DNA of 49,168 nt from Acidobacteriota bacterium (GTDB lineage: Bacteria; Acidobacteriota; Polarisedimenticolia; Gp22-AA2), in assembly GCA_003223165.1 (NCBI GenBank), contig QHXZ01000008.1, positions 1-49,168 on the forward strand. Direction: 5' to 3'. Below the pieces are notes generated by a model that was not told the DNA's origin, did no database searches, and saw nothing but the letters and a program-made list of their open reading frames with translations. Position 1 is the stretch's first letter, and the number at the start of each line of letters is the position of its first letter. Positions 47,005 to 49,168 of the stretch are shown piece after piece. The translations under genes were made by a program, and so were the position numbers.

Positions 47005-49094
47005 GGAGCAGGCGGGTCGTCCTGCCGGCGGCCGCCGGCCAGCTCGGCGAGGCGGACCGGGTCGCCCAGGTGGGCGATGTCGGCCGGCCGGCCCACCACG
47101 ATCAGGCCGTCCCCCGCCTTCAGCTCGGTGCCCGGCTCGGCGATGATGCGCCGCTCCTGGCCGCTGCCGATGCGGCGCTTCACCTCGATCACGTTGACGC
47201 TGAAACGGCGGCGGGCGTCGAGGTCGCGCAGGGTGGCGCCCGGGAACGAGTCCGGCAGCGTCACCAACGCCACCACATACTCCGGCGGCAGCTCCACGTA
47301 GGTGGTGCTCGGCCGATTCCCCTCGCCGAAGCTCTCGAAGCGCGCCAGGCGCGCCTCCTTGTGCAGGACCTCCTGGCTGTAGAGCGCGATGATGTCGCCC
47401 GCGGACAGCTCCCCGACGTAGCGCCGCGTCTGCTCACCGTCGACCACCGGCAGGCGGTCGCGGCTGACCTTCGACCAGCGCCCGATCGCCTCGCTCATCC
47501 TGTCGTCCAGCTGCAGCACCGGCAGGTCGGTGTAGACGACCTCGCCGGCGCGCGTCTGGCGCAGGGCGTCGGGGCGGCCCAGGTAGTCCGACAGCTCGGC
47601 CAGGGTGATGGCCCCCCTGAAGCGGCCGTCCGGCGCCACCACGAACAGCTCCTTGCGCCCCTCGGCCAGGAGCTGCTTCAGGACCGACTCGAGAGGCTCC
47701 TGGTCGCTGACCGGCGGCGCACCCTGGCGCATCACGTCGCGCACCTGGATACTGTCCATCACCAGCTCCTCGACCCGACCGCCGACCCGGACGCCGCGCT
47801 CGATCAGGGACTCGGTGTAGATCGACTCCGGGTGGAGCAGGCGGCCGACGATGGTGGCCAGCGTGCAGGAGAACATCAGCGGCAGGAGGATCTGGTAGTC
47901 GCCGGTCAGCTCGAAGATGGTCAGGATCGCGGTGAGCGGCGCCTGCGTCGTGCCGGCGACCATCGCCCCCATGCCGACCAGGGCGTAGGCGCCGGAGGTC
48001 GCGGTGCCGGCCGGGAAGGTCGCGTGGCACCAGGCCCCGAAGGCCGAGCCGATCACCGACCCGACGAACAGGGTCGGGGTGAACAGGCCCCCGGCGCCTC
48101 CCGATCCCACGGTCAGGGCCGTGGCCGCCACCTTGAGGAAGGGCAGGGCGAGCACCAGGGCCAGGGGGAGCTGTTCGCGTAGCACCAGGTTGACCGTGTC
48201 GTAGCCGTTGCCGAACACGTGAGGGAAGCGCACGCCGATCAGCCCGACCAGGGCGAAGCCGGCCGCCGGCTTGGCCCAGGAAGCCAGGGGCACGCGGGCG
48301 AAACCCTTCTCCGCCGCGCGCAGCGCCACGATGAACAGCGCCGAGGCCACGCCGATCAGGAGGCCCATGACCAGGTAGTTCCCGAGCTCCCAGTTGCTGG
48401 CGAGCGTGTAGGGGGGCGGGCTGTAGGCCGTGTAGCGGCTGATCAGGTTGCGGGAGATGATCGTGCCGACGACCGACGCCACGACGATCGGCCCGAAGCT
48501 CTCGAGGGCGAAGTTGCCCAGGATCACCTCGAGGGCGAACATCGCCCCGCCGATCGGGGCGTTGTAGGCGGCGGCGATGCCGGCCGCCGCCCCGCAGCCG
48601 ACCAGGATCTTGAGCCGGTGCCCGGTGAGCTTGAAGCGGCGGCCCAGCAGGGAACCGAGGGCCGCCCCGACCCCCACCAGGGGGCCCTCGCGCCCGAGGG
48701 AGCCGCCCGACCCGACGGTCACCACCGTGGCCGCGGCCTTGATCAGGGTCCCTCGCATGGCGATGACGCCGCCATGGCGGGCCACCGCCTCGATGATCCC
48801 CGCCGTGCCGTGGCCGCCCACCGCCTGGCGCGCGAGCAGGATGATCGACCCGACCAGGAGACCGCCCAGGAGAAGCGCCAGGACGCGATGCAGGGACGTG
48901 GCCGCCTGCGCATGGCGCAGCAGGTCGTGGCCGCTCCCCCAGAAGCCCTTCTGCACGAGCGCCAGGAGGCGCACCAGCGCCACGGCGGCGAAGCCGGTGC
49001 AGGCGCCCGTCAGCGGCACGAGCAGCAGGAAGCGCTTTTCTCCCGCCGGCCGGTTCCTGAAGTAGGCGAGAAGAGGGATCGCGGCGAGGCGCAT
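47001..49094 (-). CDS. ClC-family chloride channel / H+-Cl- antiporter with a C-terminal CBS pair and a TrkA-C (RCK_C) domain
   Basis: The ClC motifs are GSLGREGP, NAPIGGAMFALE and GGLFTP. The CBS region is ...VRDVMRQGAPPVS... The RCK_C-like tail is ...VALVTLPDSFPGATLRDLDARRRFSVNVIEVKR...LKAGDGLIVVG. Confidence 0.85.
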   Translation of the reverse strand: MRLAAIPLLAYFRNRPAGEKRFLLLVPLTGACTGFAAVALVRLLALVQKGFWGSGHDLLRHAQAATSLHRVLALLLGGLLVGSIILLARQAVGGHGTAGIIEAVARHGGVIAMRGTLIKAAATVVTVGSGGSLGREGPLVGVGAALGSLLGRRFKLTGHRLKILVGCGAAAGIAAAYNAPIGGAMFALEVILGNFALESFGPIVVASVVGTIISRNLISRYTAYSPPPYTLASNWELGNYLVMGLLIGVASALFIVALRAAEKGFARVPLASWAKPAAGFALVGLIGVRFPHVFGNGYDTVNLVLREQLPLALVLALPFLKVAATALTVGSGGAGGLFTPTLFVGSVIGSAFGAWCHATFPAGTATSGAYALVGMGAMVAGTTQAPLTAILTIFELTGDYQILLPLMFSCTLATIVGRLLHPESIYTESLIERGVRVGGRVEELVMDSIQVRDVMRQGAPPVSDQEPLESVLKQLLAEGRKELFVVAPDGRFRGAITLAELSDYLGRPDALRQTRAGEVVYTDLPVLQLDDRMSEAIGRWSKVSRDRLPVVDGEQTRRYVGELSAGDIIALYSQEVLHKEARLARFESFGEGNRPSTTYVELPPEYVVALVTLPDSFPGATLRDLDARRRFSVNVIEVKRRIGSGQERRIIAEPGTELKAGDGLIVVGRPADIAHLGDPVRLAELAGGRRQDDPPAP

Positions 49095-49099
49095 GGCGG

Positions 49100-49168
49100 T
49101 CAGACCAGGATCTGGCTGAGGAACTGCCGGGTCCTCGGCATGCCGGGCCGATCGATGACCTGCGCGGG
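49100..49168 (-). CDS. 3' end of an ABC-transporter ATP-binding protein (amino-acid-uptake type), partial
   Basis: The reverse strand reads ...AQVIDRPGMPRTRQFLSQILV* (stop at 49102-49100), resembling polar amino-acid ABC ATPase C-termini. Only 22 codons are visible. Confidence 0.35.
   Translation of the reverse strand, partial: PAQVIDRPGMPRTRQFLSQILV

Noticed and set aside
49095-49099. A possible fluoride or other riboswitch upstream of the ClC gene.
   Set aside because: Only 5 nt separate the ClC start from the upstream ABC ATPase stop, so there is no room for a leader RNA. The channel also carries CBS and RCK_C domains, unlike the short fluoride-specific ClC-F type.

Overview
The window is a very GC-rich bacterial chromosomal segment. 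LPS genes point to a Gram-negative-type envelope, and the lineage cannot be fixed without a database search. The overall style (basic or Ala-rich tails on ribosomal proteins, HD-GYP signalling, FG-GAP/ASPIC and TPR proteins) would fit Acidobacteriota- or Myxococcota-like genomes.

Layout:
- 1-16.2 kb (+): the 3' end of tuf, then an uninterrupted S10-spc-alpha ribosomal supercluster from rpsJ to rplQ, including secY, adk, map, infA and rpoA.
- 16.2-21.8 kb (-): six translationally coupled LPS genes (waaA, lpxK, an lpxL-family gene, gmhB, hldA, hldC).
- 21.9-28.0 kb (+): a REC/HD-GYP protein with a degenerate receiver, a small RHH-like ORF overlapping nadA, two inverted copies of a ~200-bp long-stem palindromic element, and a coupled operon of sensor-HAMP-HD-GYP, a HAD hydrolase and an unknown 125-aa protein.
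- 28.1-36.1 kb: lexA, a secreted metzincin with a coupled small secreted partner, a beta-barrel OMP, an unknown secreted protein, a zinc-ribbon rhomboid, tRNA-Phe and recA.
- 36.3-41.5 kb (+): an MltD-like LysM transglycosylase, a TPR lipoprotein and an FG-GAP/ASPIC protein.
- 41.5-47.0 kb: an OmpR/PmrB-like two-component pair divergent from an ArnT-like GT-C transferase and a fused GT2-YdjC gene. This is probably an amino-sugar glycolipid or lipid A modification module.
- 47.0-49.2 kb (-): a ClC channel with CBS and RCK_C domains, and the tail of an ABC ATPase.

I found no rRNA, CRISPR array, transposase, integrase or phage genes. Several near-consensus TTGAC-N17-TAnnnT promoters stand out as AT islands.

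The most unusual signals are the compensated palindromic repeat pair at 24.47-25.05 kb, the promoter/operator/RHH/nadA arrangement, and the GT2-YdjC fusion module. All functional calls come from reading the translated ORFs by eye. No searches were run.
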